A DNA stretch of 64,000 nt from Macrostomum hystrix (Eukaryota; Animalia; Platyhelminthes): contig CATNEN010000038.1 of NCBI GenBank assembly GCA_950097015.1, forward strand, positions 2,108,001 through 2,172,000, given 5' to 3'. The notes beneath the pieces are model-generated. The model did not search any database, was not told the origin of the DNA, and saw only the letters and a program-made list of their open reading frames with translations. The translations under genes and the position numbers were made by a program. The stretch's first letter is position 1. Each line of letters starts with the position of its first letter. Of the stretch, positions 12,519-24,325 are shown in pieces.

Positions 12519-13864
12519 CGAGGTGCATTCAAAAAGTTCTTTTCGGTCCTTTGGCATTGTTTTGTAAATGACACACAGATCAAAATTTTTTCGAATGCTG
12601 CAAGTGAAGTTTATGGCCTAAACCTTCCTGAGTTTTTAAGCCTTAGCTGGTGACTGTGTCTGAGCTACAAGCAATTTTTTAAGCTACCCTTCTATTTCTT
12701 GGCCATGGCAGAATCTTTTTCAAAGCAAGACGTTCGGAGCTTGATGAAGTTCCAATTCCTGCAAGGAAAGAAACCTCCGGAGATGTTTAGAGAGCTTCAG
12801 CAAGTGTTTGGTGACAGTGCACCAACTGAACAGACTGTTCGAAAGTGGTTCCGGTTGTTCGCTGAAGGCAGAGAGAGCGTCGAGGACAACGAACGCTCTG
12901 GAAGACCGATGACTGCCACCAACGAGACCGTGGTGAAGAAAGTGCAGGAGCTCCTGGATGATGATCGCAGACTGACTTGCGAAGAGCTGTCAGAAGATGT
13001 CGGAGTGTCAGTTGGCAGTGTGCACACCATTCTGACAGAGCGTCTCAACCTGCAGAAGAAATTCAGCAAGTGGGTGCCACACCTGCTGACAGGTGAGCAG
13101 ACGATGCAACGTGCTCTGGCCGCCACCAACCACCTGCGCCGTTTCCAGCGAGAAGGAGAGAATTTTCTTTCGAGAATCGTTGCCAGAGATGAAACATGGG
13201 TTTATAGCTGGGATCCGGAGACAAAGGCCCAGTCTGCTGAATGGCTTCCAGCCGATTCTCCAAGGCCTCAGAAGGCCATCAGGAAGCAGGGTGCATTGAA
13301 GATCATGCACGTCATGTTTTTTGATGTCCAGGGAATTCTGCTGAACTGGGCAGTCCCACATGGAACAACTGTGAATGGGGACTATTATAGATGGATTCTG
13401 CAAGAGAAGCTGCGCCCGGCGATTCGAAAGAAGCGCCCTGGTTTGCTGGAGTCTGGTGTGATCTTGCTGCATGACAATGCGCCGGCTCATCGCAAGCACA
13501 ATGTTGTCGAACTCCTGAGCGGTTGGGGCTGGGAAGTGCTGCAACATCCGCCCTACTCGCCCGATTTGTCACCCTGTGACTTCTTCCTATTCCCATCTGT
13601 GAAGAAGCACCTTCGGGGCATTCGATTCGACAGCGTCGAGCACATCAAAGCTGCTTGCCAAGGTGCGGTGCGTGAAACGGACGCGAGAGGCGTGGGTACT
13701 GGAATCAGAGGTCTGGTGCATCGCTGGCAGAAGTGCAAGGACATTGGCGGTGAATATGTTGAGTGACCGAATGACATTGAATGACCTAAACATGTTTTCA
13801 TTGTTCCATACGTTTTTTGTTAATTTTTGCTGAGCACCGAAAAGAACTTTTTGAATGCACCTCG
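12519..13864 (+). mobile_element. Mariner (DD34D) element nested in the 3' region of the Sola2 element
   Basis: 29-bp perfect TIR CGAGGTGCATTCAAAAAGTTCTTTTCGGT; TA at left (12517-12518); about 1.35 kb long. Confidence 0.95.
12705..13766 (+). CDS. Mariner transposase (353 aa from ATG), uninterrupted ORF
   Basis: N-terminal HTH region with RSGRP; WVPHLL, DETW, HDNAPAH and YSPDLSPCDF motifs. Confidence 0.95.
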   Translation: MAESFSKQDVRSLMKFQFLQGKKPPEMFRELQQVFGDSAPTEQTVRKWFRLFAEGRESVEDNERSGRPMTATNETVVKKVQELLDDDRRLTCEELSEDVGVSVGSVHTILTERLNLQKKFSKWVPHLLTGEQTMQRALAATNHLRRFQREGENFLSRIVARDETWVYSWDPETKAQSAEWLPADSPRPQKAIRKQGALKIMHVMFFDVQGILLNWAVPHGTTVNGDYYRWILQEKLRPAIRKKRPGLLESGVILLHDNAPAHRKHNVVELLSGWGWEVLQHPPYSPDLSPCDFFLFPSVKKHLRGIRFDSVEHIKAACQGAVRETDARGVGTGIRGLVHRWQKCKDIGGEYVE

Positions 13865-14084
13865 CGAGTTGCCATCGTACATATATTTGCTGTGTTTTTA
13901 TAGTGTATTGCCATCTTTTGCCAAACTTCATTCTTGATTGCGAATATTTAAAACACAAAATCGTTTAGGTGCTAACTGAATTATGTGGAAGTGTAAAAGG
14001 GAACTATGCATCCGAATTATTCTATTTGTTATAACCCTATACCAGTTTATCTGTATAAGTAATCAGTTAACTAGACAGTTCCTA

Positions 14085-14207
14085 TCCAGACATCGAGAGC
14101 GAAGTGTCCCGACATCGAGAGGTCATGTCCCGACATTGAGAGTGAAGTGTCCCGACATCGAGAGGTCATGTCCAGACATCGAGAGTGAAGTGTCCCGACA
14201 TCGAGAA
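14085..14207 (+). repeat. Subterminal tandem motif array (TGTCCCGACATCGAGA, about 6 copies) of the Sola2 element
   Basis: 21-22 bp spacing; the same motif occurs in both orientations at 7840-8270. Confidence 0.85.
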
Positions 14208-15915
14208 TATGAAAATTAATAATTTAAATAAACAAGAATTGCATTGTGTCGTGTGCTTAAAACCATTATTTTATAAAACACATCATAGTTAACTACCTTC
14301 ACAGCCAGTTGGATGAAGTTTGAACAACAGAAATCTCTAGACAGCTTATCTGTAGCAAATTTTGGATTTACCCAATAATGTAATTTTAGACAAAACTTTA
14401 CAATAGTTTTTGCATCAGTCAGTCATTTTTGTCATGTTATTAACAAATAATGAACAATAAATACTTTAGTTTTTTATTGATTTATGTTTTCAACAGATGC
14501 TATATAATAGAAAGTCAAGGTTTGAATAGCAACTTTAGTGCATTTGCTAGGCCTATGGTGATATGCCATCAAGGTTAGGCCTATTAAAAGCAATGCTCAG
14601 AAAAGCATAATGCTCCTACATTGGCAGCTCAGCTAATGTTTTGGATGCATAACCTTGCATTGTTGAACTACTGTCAACCTTTGAAACTATAATACTTTTA
14701 TTCAAGCAGTTTTTTTGTTTCTGCCATGTTTTTATAGTTTGTTATTGTCATTTATCATGATATTTAGATCCTAATTGACATACAATCATAAAACTCCTTT
14801 AAAAAGTTGGAGTACATAGGCATACAAAAAATGGAACTAATTTTCTTTCTGGCAAACATTTAGGCCCCTAACATGATTCAGACTATGGATTTCTATAGAT
14901 GACCAGGGCAGACAAAATGGCCTCATCATATTTTAGCAAAGGAATTGGCGACTGACAAGAACACAACATATTATATAAAACGACCATCAACCTAAATAAA
15001 TACATAGGGTGTAGGGCTACGTAGTTGTATGTAAAATACATATTACATTTTTTCATATATATATAAATATTCTGATATTATTATTTGCTGATAAAAGTGA
15101 CATGATACACCTAATGAACTTAGTCTGAAACCTTAATCCCGCCCGATTTACCGATTTACATAATAATAAGAAGTTGAAAATTAAGCACACGGTCTGAGCT
15201 AAAGATAATCGTGGCCAGGACCTGGCTGTACTACTGAAATTTGCAAAACTAGGTGATCAACTAATTAAAATGGAAACTGAGTTTAAACCTTAAAAATACG
15301 ACATTAAAAATAATATAGGCCTAATATGTTTTAAATAACACTGTGTTTAGTTGTTTAAAATGAACTTAAAACACGAGTGACAATATAACTTTCAGAATAT
15401 ATATACGCATACTATTTATAATTTTTTAAAGTTATGCAAGTTTCACTGTATACGGACCAACTATTTGTTTTATTAGGTAAAATAGGTAAATAGGATTAAC
15501 AAAAATATTTCAAACAATTTATTTTAAACTTTTTTCTAGGAAGATTTTTCAACTAGCAATGTTCAAGTAAAGTAGTAGTAAAGTGTCACAATGTTTCGAA
15601 TGCCACAGATCACGAAAAGCTGTAGTAATAAGTATGATTCAGTTTAACAATAAATTGTCCTATTTCTCTTATCTTTGCATTTTGTTGTTCATGAAGAATA
15701 AAATTTTAATATGGGTTACGATAGCATGGACTGTTTTATTATAGCAATGCGGCCAATTAATGCCTAGCTGTTTATCATAGACATAGGTCAGGTTTTGCCT
15801 AGGACTATGACTATAGTATAAGCTTGCATTTTCGTAATTGCGTTTAACTAGAACACACTGTTAATATTGTTGTTATAATTAGAAGCTTTCTAGGCCTACT
15901 ACTACTTCTAATATA

Positions 15916-16348
15916 GGCAATCCTTTGGATTCCCACTCTAAATTATTTTGACCCTGTGTTCGAACTTTTTAGAATCCCAAGGCAATTGTGTAGTCAACCA
16001 TTCGCTGCACTTCAGATACCCTAACAACCCTGCGGCACAAATGAATACTGTCGAGGAAATGTGGGCCCATTGCAAAGCCAAATTTCGAGCTATGCACAGG
16101 ACCAGTGACAATTTGTTCACCACATACCTGCAGGAGTTTATAGGCCTATGTTGCTGAGCTTTTCCCGAACAGCAATTTGGCAATATCCTCTACTGGATAA
16201 CGTACTACTACCCTGTGTAGTCCGAACTTGAACTGCTTTTGTACTTCTATAACCTCTATAACTCATTTTCATTGCCTCGGGAGTCTAAAAAGTTTGAAAA
16301 CAGGGTCAAAATAATTTAGACTCTAGAGTGGGAATCTGAAGGATTGCC
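15916..16348 (+). mobile_element. Non-autonomous Merlin (IS1595/ISXO2-like) element with a transposase C-terminal remnant
   Basis: TIRs of about 55 bp, GGCAATCC...GACCCTG / CAGGGTC...GGATTGCC. Degenerate 8-bp TSD CTAATATA/CTACTATG. Remnant VNHSLHF..P....NTVEEMW...K...YLQEF. Confidence 0.8.
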
Positions 16349-18514
16349 CTACTATGTATATGCTAGGTATTAACTAATATAATAGAAAGAGAGCTTGTGT
16401 GGATAGGAAGCCAGTTGTTTGCACAAGTGTTTCTACCGAGTGATTAGCAACTGTTCACCCATTATTATAGGGGTATGTGCAATGGCAGTTATATACTTTT
16501 AACTTGAATGTAGTCATTTTTTAACTTTAAGTGTAATTGAAACTGCATTACTGCATTAAGCTTGATGCCCTGACTGAGCAGAGGGCAAAAAACAAGAAGC
16601 GACAGAGTGAAATGGTTGAGCAGCTGGAGAAAGAAGTGTCCGCCAAGCATCATGCAGCTGAAGCAGCAGCCAAGGAAGCAGATAGTCTGTCTATCAAAAA
16701 GTCTTACTGAGTTCAGAGGGTTTGAAATTGAGTAGAAAGAAAATTTAGTAAGGGGGTATAACACAAGAAAAAAATTACAGTTGTTTCTAGAATCTCTTTA
16801 TTTTCCCCTTATTTTCAAAGTCTAAAAAAGTGTTGACACCCTGTTCAGAGATATAAACTTTCTATGCCATTGCTGTTGATTATGAGTAGATTCTGCCAAG
16901 ATAAAGTTGCAATTATGATTTACTATTTGATTTTAAAGTCTATATCTGCCATATACATAGTTAAAACACTGGTTGAATGGCTGCGTAGCATGTGTAGGCC
17001 TATATAATAAAATAACTATATGAGTGACTTCTGTCCATGCAAGCTCTCCATTGCTAGTATATATACAATATTGTATTTAAAAATAAATAGTAGTTATTTT
17101 AGCCTTGGCTTTTAGCTAGCTTTGCTATATATAATTCTGGCAACAAAACACTCCCAAAGTGATGACCAATGTTGAAAATTTAGAAAGGAATTCACAAAGC
17201 AAAAAAGGCAGTAGATCTAGAAAAGATAAAGAGAAAAGATAGATGCTTTGAAAGATTGATAATCTAGGCCTAAGCAAAACACCATGTTGCAAAATTGAGC
17301 AAAAATAACCTGGAAGTTGTAACTTAAATGAAAAAGTAGCAAATGAAAAAACCAGAGTCCAAGAGCATATGGCTGGGTCCCATTTTCTAACTCTCTTTTT
17401 TATCATGTGTTTTAGTAACTTTTTAAAAGTTTGTCCTATGCTCCTAGATTTTGTTCATTCCTTAATTTAGCGTGTTCACAAATTTCTAACCAAATAGACT
17501 GCCTCAGTGTTTGTTAGAATTTTGTTCCAGAAAGTAAGTTTCATGGCTAAAACAAAGATTTCAGAAGTTTTATTGCACATGTATTTTGAGATTGGCCAGC
17601 ACGAAGCTCTCTAAAATTGTGATCTTGATCTAAATGCCAATGGGGTCATGGATAGACAAGTTTGTTTAGCCTTTGTGCTTTTATTTATCTTAGGTAGTAA
17701 AGATAAATATCTTTGTATAATATAGTGTGGGATACAAATGGTAGATTGGCTAGGCATTTACCAATCTATCATGCCTATGTTTGCTCAATTAGACCCTTTA
17801 TATAGTTCTGTCTATGGAATGCAACTTAGTGAAATGGATCAAAATGGATCAAAGCTCAAAATTTTATAGAGGGTCCCAATTAAGTCAGCATAGATATAGA
17901 CACAATATTCTTATCTGTAATATACCCTGTACCTTATAAAACACTACCAAATTAACAAATATTTTCATTCATTCTTTTCTTGAATTATATGACAAAATAA
18001 CAATCAATATAATTTTTAGCATTTCTATCAGCACTTCTATTGTGGTTGAGCAGTGCACACATAGGCATGCCATGATCATACAAATTACAAAGCATTAATA
18101 ATTTTTCCAGTGATTCTAAAACTACTCATATGATTTTGTCACATAAATCTTTGCTATGTTACAATAGAACTTATGTCACCATTTTAGTTTCCCAAGATGG
18201 TATTGCAAGTCATAGCAATCATCCAGGAATTATCATGAAAAAATGAAAATTTAATTTTTTCTATATTTAATAAATATGTACTTGTAATTTATGTTGCGAT
18301 CAACATTCTATCAAGTGGTTCTAGCCCTAAATCCTAAGTTTATTTATAGTGCAGTTGTTTGTTAGAGTAACTTGCAAGCTGCAGCTAGCTTGTGTTGATA
18401 GCTCTCCATTTAGAACAAAAATATACAAATCTAGGCTGCTGTTATTTTGTTAATGCGATGCAGATGCAGATATATTAAATGTGCAATTAAAATAAAATAT
18501 TTTTTTATTTGTCA

Positions 18515-18635
18515 TACCTGGTGTCTAACATTACTAGGTGCCTACAAAAACCTATACCTGGTGTCTAACATTACTAGGTGCCTACAAAAACCTATACCTG
18601 GTGTCTAACATTACTAGGTGCCTACAAAAACCTAT
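18515..18635 (+). repeat. 40-bp tandem repeat, 3 copies, upstream of the Src-family gene
   Basis: ATACCTGGTGTCTAACATTACTAGGTGCCTACAAAAACCT repeated three times. Confidence 0.9.
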
Positions 18636-18893
18636 TTTAAACTGAGTACTATTATTTAAATCTATGCAATTTTCAAAATAATTTCGCGCATCGAATCAAC
18701 AAATTTCAGCCTTTGTGGGTGCTGCATTTTGCAGCAGAGCAGCCAGGCTTGAAATTCCACGCCCCACTCTTCAAACACCCGACAACTGCTGTAGCCAGCT
18801 TGGCTGCAAAATAACACAAGACTTGTGCAGTCAAAACTAACACCATTTCTTTCTTGTTGTTAATTAACTAGTTGCCTAGACAGCAAATACAAT

Positions 18894-21584
18894 ATGGGCT
18901 GCTGCTTCTCTAGCAATGCAGCAGATTATCCTGGGCGCATGTACATGGAGGAACCGCAGCAACAGCAGCAGCAGCAGCAGCATGTGCAGCCTGGCCGGCA
19001 GTGGAACAATTCCATGGCACCGGAAGTGATCACGGGTCCGAATAATCAGAATTATCATCCTCAGCAGGGTCACATGCAGGCCAAGTATTTGCCGTATCCG
19101 AATGGCCAGCCAATGCTTAGACCTGGCCAGCAGCTGCCTCAGGAGCAGCAGCCGCCGCCTCCGCCGCCGCCGCAGCAGCGTATACTAGTTCGAGCTCTGT
19201 ACAATTACAATGCTCAAAATCCGGATGATTTAGACTTTCGCAAGGACGATCTCATGGAGGTTCTGGGCGACACAAGCGAGCCTTGGTGGTACGCCAGGCA
19301 TCAGCGCAGCTCCAAAGCCGGCTATATTCCTTCCAACTATGTGCTCATTGACGACGGCAAGCCGACTTCGCTGAGCTCCTGGTTTGAAATCAGCCGCCGC
19401 GATGCCGACAGGTTTGATAGATTTGCCTTACAGAGAGACATTATCTAATTTCCGAATCTTCTGAGTGACATTATCCAATTTCCGAATCTACTGAGTGACA
19501 TCCAATTTCCGAATCTACTGAGTGACATTCTTCAATTTCTGAATCGACAGAGTGACATTATCCGATTTCCGAATCTACTGAGTGGCATTATCCAATTTCC
19601 GAATCTACTGAGTGACATTATCCAATTTCCGAATCTACTGAGTGACATTATCTAATTACCGAATCTTCTGAGTGACATTATCTAATTTCCGAATCTTCTG
19701 AGTGACATTATCCAATTTCCGAATCTACTGAGTGACATTATCCAATTTCTGAATCTACAGTGTGACATTATCCAATTTCTGAATCTACAGTGTGACATTA
19801 TCCAATTTCTGAATCTACAGTGTGACATTATCCAGTTTCCGAATCTACTGAGTGACATTATCCAATTTCTGAATCTAAAGTGTGACTTTCTTCAATTTCT
19901 GAATCTACAGAGTGACATTCTTCAATTTCCGAATCTACTGAGTGACATTCTTCAATTTCCGAATCTAGTGTGACATTCTTCAATTTCTGAATATACAGAG
20001 TGACATTCTTCAATTTCTGAATATACAGAGTGACATTCTTCAATTTCTGAATCTACAGAGTGACATTCTTTAATTTGGAAGAATCTACAGAGTGACATTC
20101 TTTAATTTGGAAGAATCTACAGAGTGACATTCTTTAATTTGGAAGAATCTACAGAGTGACATTGGTCTACCCGTCCACCCGCAGGCACCTGCTGATGCCG
20201 GGCAATCCGTCGGGCACGTATATTCTGCGGCCCAGTTCTTCTGGTCACTACGCACTCAGTGTTCGAGTCAAGGACCAGACAAAGGAAAATAACTTCATGG
20301 TGAAACACTACAAGATCAAGAACTTGGACAATGGTGGCTTCTACATCTCGCCGCGCATCACCTTCAACAGCATGCAGGACCTGCTTAGCCACTACCAGGA
20401 GCGCACGGACGGGCTGTGCTGCAAGCTCACAGTCCCCTGTCCCAGAGCCTACAAGCCGCCCGTTCAATTCCGCGACATCGAAGTCAACCGTGACTGCATT
20501 CAGCTCCAGCAGAAGCTTGGCAACGGCTCGTTTGGCGAAGTCTTCCTCGGCAAGTGGAACAACAGCGTTGAGGTGGCCGTCAAGACGATGAAGCCAAACA
20601 CGATGGAGGCTCAGAAGTTTATCTCCGAGGCTCAGATTTTGCATCGCCTCAATCATCCCAGGATTGTGCAGATCCTTGGCGTCTGCACCACGGGTGAGCT
20701 TCCGTCCTCCGAATATGGCTTCCCATCCTCCGAATCTGGCTTCCCATCCTCCGAATCTGGCTTCCCATCCTCCGAATCTGGCTTCCCATCCTCCGTATCT
20801 GGCTTCCCATCCTCCGAATCTGGCTTCCCATCCTCCGTATCTGGCTTCCCGTCCTCCGTATCTGGATTCCCGTCATCCAAATCTGGCTTCTCTCCCTCCG
20901 AATCTGGCTTCACTTCCCCTGAATCAGTTTTCCCATTAATCAATAAACTATTTTTCTCTCCTAGGCGAGCCGATCTACATCATCACGGAGCTGATGGTGA
21001 ATGGCGCCCTGCTGGACTATCTGCGCAAGGACAATGGTCTCAAACTGAAATTCGAGCAGCTGATCGACATGATGGCCCAGATAGCAGACGGTATGGCCTA
21101 CCTGGAGAGCCTGAACTTTGTTCATCGCGATCTTCGCGCTGCCAACATTCTGGTTGGCGAAAACAACTGGGTGAAGGTCGCTGACTTCGGCCTGGCCCGC
21201 ATGACAGCCGAGGACGACATCTACACGGCCGACGAGGGCGCCAAGTTTCCTATCAAGTGGACGGCGCCGGAGGCGGCCCAGAATCGTATGTTCTCAGTGA
21301 AGTCAGACGTCTGGTCATTCGGCGTGCTGATGTGGGAGATTGTCACCTACGGCCGGGCGCCCTACGTCGGCATGGCTAATCGCCAGGTGCTTGAGGAGGT
21401 GTCCAAGGGCTACCGGATGCCCAACCCGCACAGTGGCCCCGTCTACTGCGACAACAACATCTACCAGATCATGCTGGAATGCTGGAGCGCCAGTCCCGAC
21501 AGTAGGCCGACCTTCGCCTACCTCAAGGACGTGTTCGAGAACTACAATGTGGCCACCGAGATTCAGTATGTTGACAAGCGTTGA
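18894..21584 (+). CDS. Src-family non-receptor tyrosine kinase; exons 18894-19411, 20185-20693, 20965-21584
   Basis: MGCC myristoylation/palmitoylation N-terminus. SH3 ([15 protein letters not shown]). SH2 (WF..SRRDA, VKHYKI). Kinase ([33 protein letters not shown]). C-terminal regulatory Tyr (EIQY). Phase-2 and phase-1 GT-AG introns restore the frame. Confidence 0.95.
19435..20162 (+). repeat. About 30-bp minisatellite filling Src intron 1
   Basis: Consensus GAATCTACTGAGTGACATTATCCAATTTCC, about 24 copies, drifting to 32-bp variants. Confidence 0.95.
20698..20925 (+). repeat. 21-bp minisatellite filling Src intron 2
   Basis: GGCTTCCCATCCTCCGAATCT, about 11 copies. Confidence 0.95.
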
Positions 21585-22114
21585 AGCTGTTCTGCCGGCT
21601 TTGCTGGCTTTGGAAGATGTCTGTCAAACAGTTCTATTCTAGATTTCAACTTAAAAGACAATTCAGTTGCTCTACTGTAGTCACCGGCAATGTGCGTGCA
21701 CCCTTTTCAGTTGTTATTTAATTTCAAATCTGTCCACACAGCGATTGCTTCTTTTTTTCTCTTTTTTTTAGCAATAACTATTGGATTTCTTGCAGGAAAA
21801 TTATGCCTTTTTTATCTTTAGTGAATGAAAATATTTTCAAGTTGAGGCGTGTTTCATGATTTCTGGGCTGCTTGTTTAATAAGCAACTGAAAAAGCTGTT
21901 GTTTTCTCATATCTGCTCCATTGTTGTTTGTTGTTTGTTTGTTTGTCTGTTTGTTTGTTTGTTGGTTTTCAACTTTGTTGCGCGACTCTTTTCTTCAAAA
22001 AATAACATCTTTTTAATTTGTCTTTGAATGATCAGCTTGTTAAGGTCCTTTTCGATGCCTTAACAATGCTAATCTGCGGCCGTGTTAGACACATGGAAGT
22101 GACGCCACTTGGGA

Positions 22115-23264
22115 AGTGAATCCCAAATCGCTAGAAAAGGAATTTCCAGAATCCCAAATCCCTAAAATAATCTATTTTGAAATCCTAACTTGCTAAAAAA
22201 ATCATTTTTGAAAACTCAAAATGCTGGAAGAAAAATTTTCCCAAAATACCCAATCGCTAAAAGAAGCAATATCTAGAATCCCTAATCCCTAAAAGAAGCT
22301 ATTTCCATATCCCAAATCCCTAAAAGAAGCTATTTCCAGATCCCAAATCCCTAAAAGAAGCTATTTCCAGATCCCAAATCCTTGAAAGAAGCTATTTCTA
22401 GATCCTCAATCCCTAAAAGAAGCTATTTCCAGATCCCCAATCCCTGAAAGAAGCTATTTCCAGATCCCCAATCCCTACAAGAAGCTATTTCCAGATCCCA
22501 AATCCTTAAAAGAAGCTATTTCCAGATCCCCAATCCCTAAAAGAAGCTATTTCCAGATCCCAAATCCTTAAAAGAAGCTATTTCGAGATCCCCAATCCCT
22601 AAAAGAAGCTATTTCCAGATCCCCAATCCCTGAAAGAAGCTATTTCCAGATCCCCAATCCCTACAAGAAGCTATTTCCAGATCCCAAATCCTTAAAAGAA
22701 GCTATTTCCAGATCCCCAATCCCTAAAAGAAGCTATTTCCAGATCCCCAATCCCTACAAGAAGCTATTTCCAGATCCCAAATCCTTAAAAGAAGCTATTT
22801 CCAGATCCCCAATCCCTAAAAGAAGCTATTTCCAGATCCCCAATCCCTAAAAGAAGCTATTTCCAGATCCCCAATCCTTAAAAGAAGCTATTTCCAGATC
22901 CCAAATCCTTAAAAGAAGCTATTTCCAGATCCCAAATCCCTAAAAGAAGCTATTTCCAGAATCCCTAATCGCTAAAAGAAGCTATTTCCAGATCCCAAAT
23001 TCTTAAAAGAAGCTATTTCCAGATCCCCAATCCCTAAAAGAAGCTATTTCCAGATCCCCAATCCCTAAAAGAAGCTATTTCCAGATCCCCAATCCCTAAA
23101 AGAAGCTATTTCCAGATCCCAAATCCTTAAAAGAAGCTATTTCCAGATCCCCAATCCCTAAAAGAAGCTATTTCCAGATCCCCAATCCCTAAAAGAAGCT
23201 ATTTCCAGATCCCCGATCCCTAAAAGAAGCTATTTCCAGAATCCCTAATCGCTAAAAGAAGCTA
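22115..23264 (+). repeat. About 31-bp minisatellite
   Basis: CCCTAAAAGAAGCTATTTCCAGATCCCCAAT; degenerate at the left, homogeneous from about 22290. Confidence 0.95.
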
Positions 23265-24325
23265 TGGCAGTCGTTGTCCAAGTGTTTAACAGTTGATTTT
23301 GGACCTAATGTCTGAGTGTCCAATTCGCTAGCTATTGATTTTTGTTCCATTCTCTGCATGGTCTTTCCTGCCTATTTAACCCGACTATTCTCAGATATAT
23401 GCAGTTTTAAATGAACACTTCAGTGAGCAGGGTTTTTATGTTTTTAAAACTTCCTGTGGGGTCCATATTTTCGTCCGATCGCTAGCAAGAGCAACAGAAT
23501 GAGTTTTTTAATAATTTTTTTATTATTTGATATTCTGATGTCCCTCGCTGTACATATTAGTATTGTATCGGCCTGTCCGCGGACACTGATTGAACTCATT
23601 AAAGCTGATTTTGTTAGACTTCTAACTAAATTCAAACTTTTTACCTTGCCTATCCGACCTGTCCACAGTTTTTTTGTTAAACTTGATCAATTTTCGGTTT
23701 GTTTGTTGTTGGTGTTTTTCCCCATCAAATCCTTACGCGTATCTATGCATAGATTACTTTATTGCTATCACGCCTCGCTTAATTAATGATATTTGATGCT
23801 CTGCTTTTGTTCAAACAAAGCTCCAAATGCACTTTTGATTATCTTACAATAACTATTTGTGTACGCCTCCACAATTTACTTTTTATTAATAGACAAGATC
23901 AGAAATCTAAGCAGCATAAAAATAACTGTTTATTGTTAATTAATTTAGAGTGCTTCACTTCTAGTTTGCTACATTGTAAAATTGCTTGTAACCGCTTTGT
24001 AAGCATGCCGCAGCAAGTTCCTTTGAAAAAAAAGTTGACGATTTTTAGTAATGCATCAATCGAGCTAATAAATGCCCAAGTTTTTAACGTAAACCTAAAT
24101 ATAAAACCTGCTGCACCATCACTGCAGAACTTATCCAAATTTAATAACTCTCTTTAAGGGACTTAACGTAATGAATTTTAACAAATTGAAAACGTTGCCA
24201 TTGCGGTTGCTTTTGTTTAATAGTCGACTATTATTTATTTCATTGCACTTTTCTCTGCTAATTCTCAATTTAGTTATTTTTATGTTCCGCTTCTGATAGA
24301 TTTTAAAACCTTGTGCGTTGTGTGC

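Larger units (their letters stand above)
7454..14373 (+). mobile_element. Full-length Sola2-type DNA transposon
   Basis: Imperfect TIRs GGGTAAATCCAAA.. (7454) and ..TTTGGATTTACCC (14373). 4-bp TSD AATA at 7450-7453 and 14374-14377. Subterminal TGTCCCGACATCG motifs at both ends. Internal DDD transposase. Confidence 0.85.

Noticed and set aside
20156-21184. 342-aa ORF as a standalone gene
   Set aside because: It is Src exon 2 read through intron 2 into the wrong frame.
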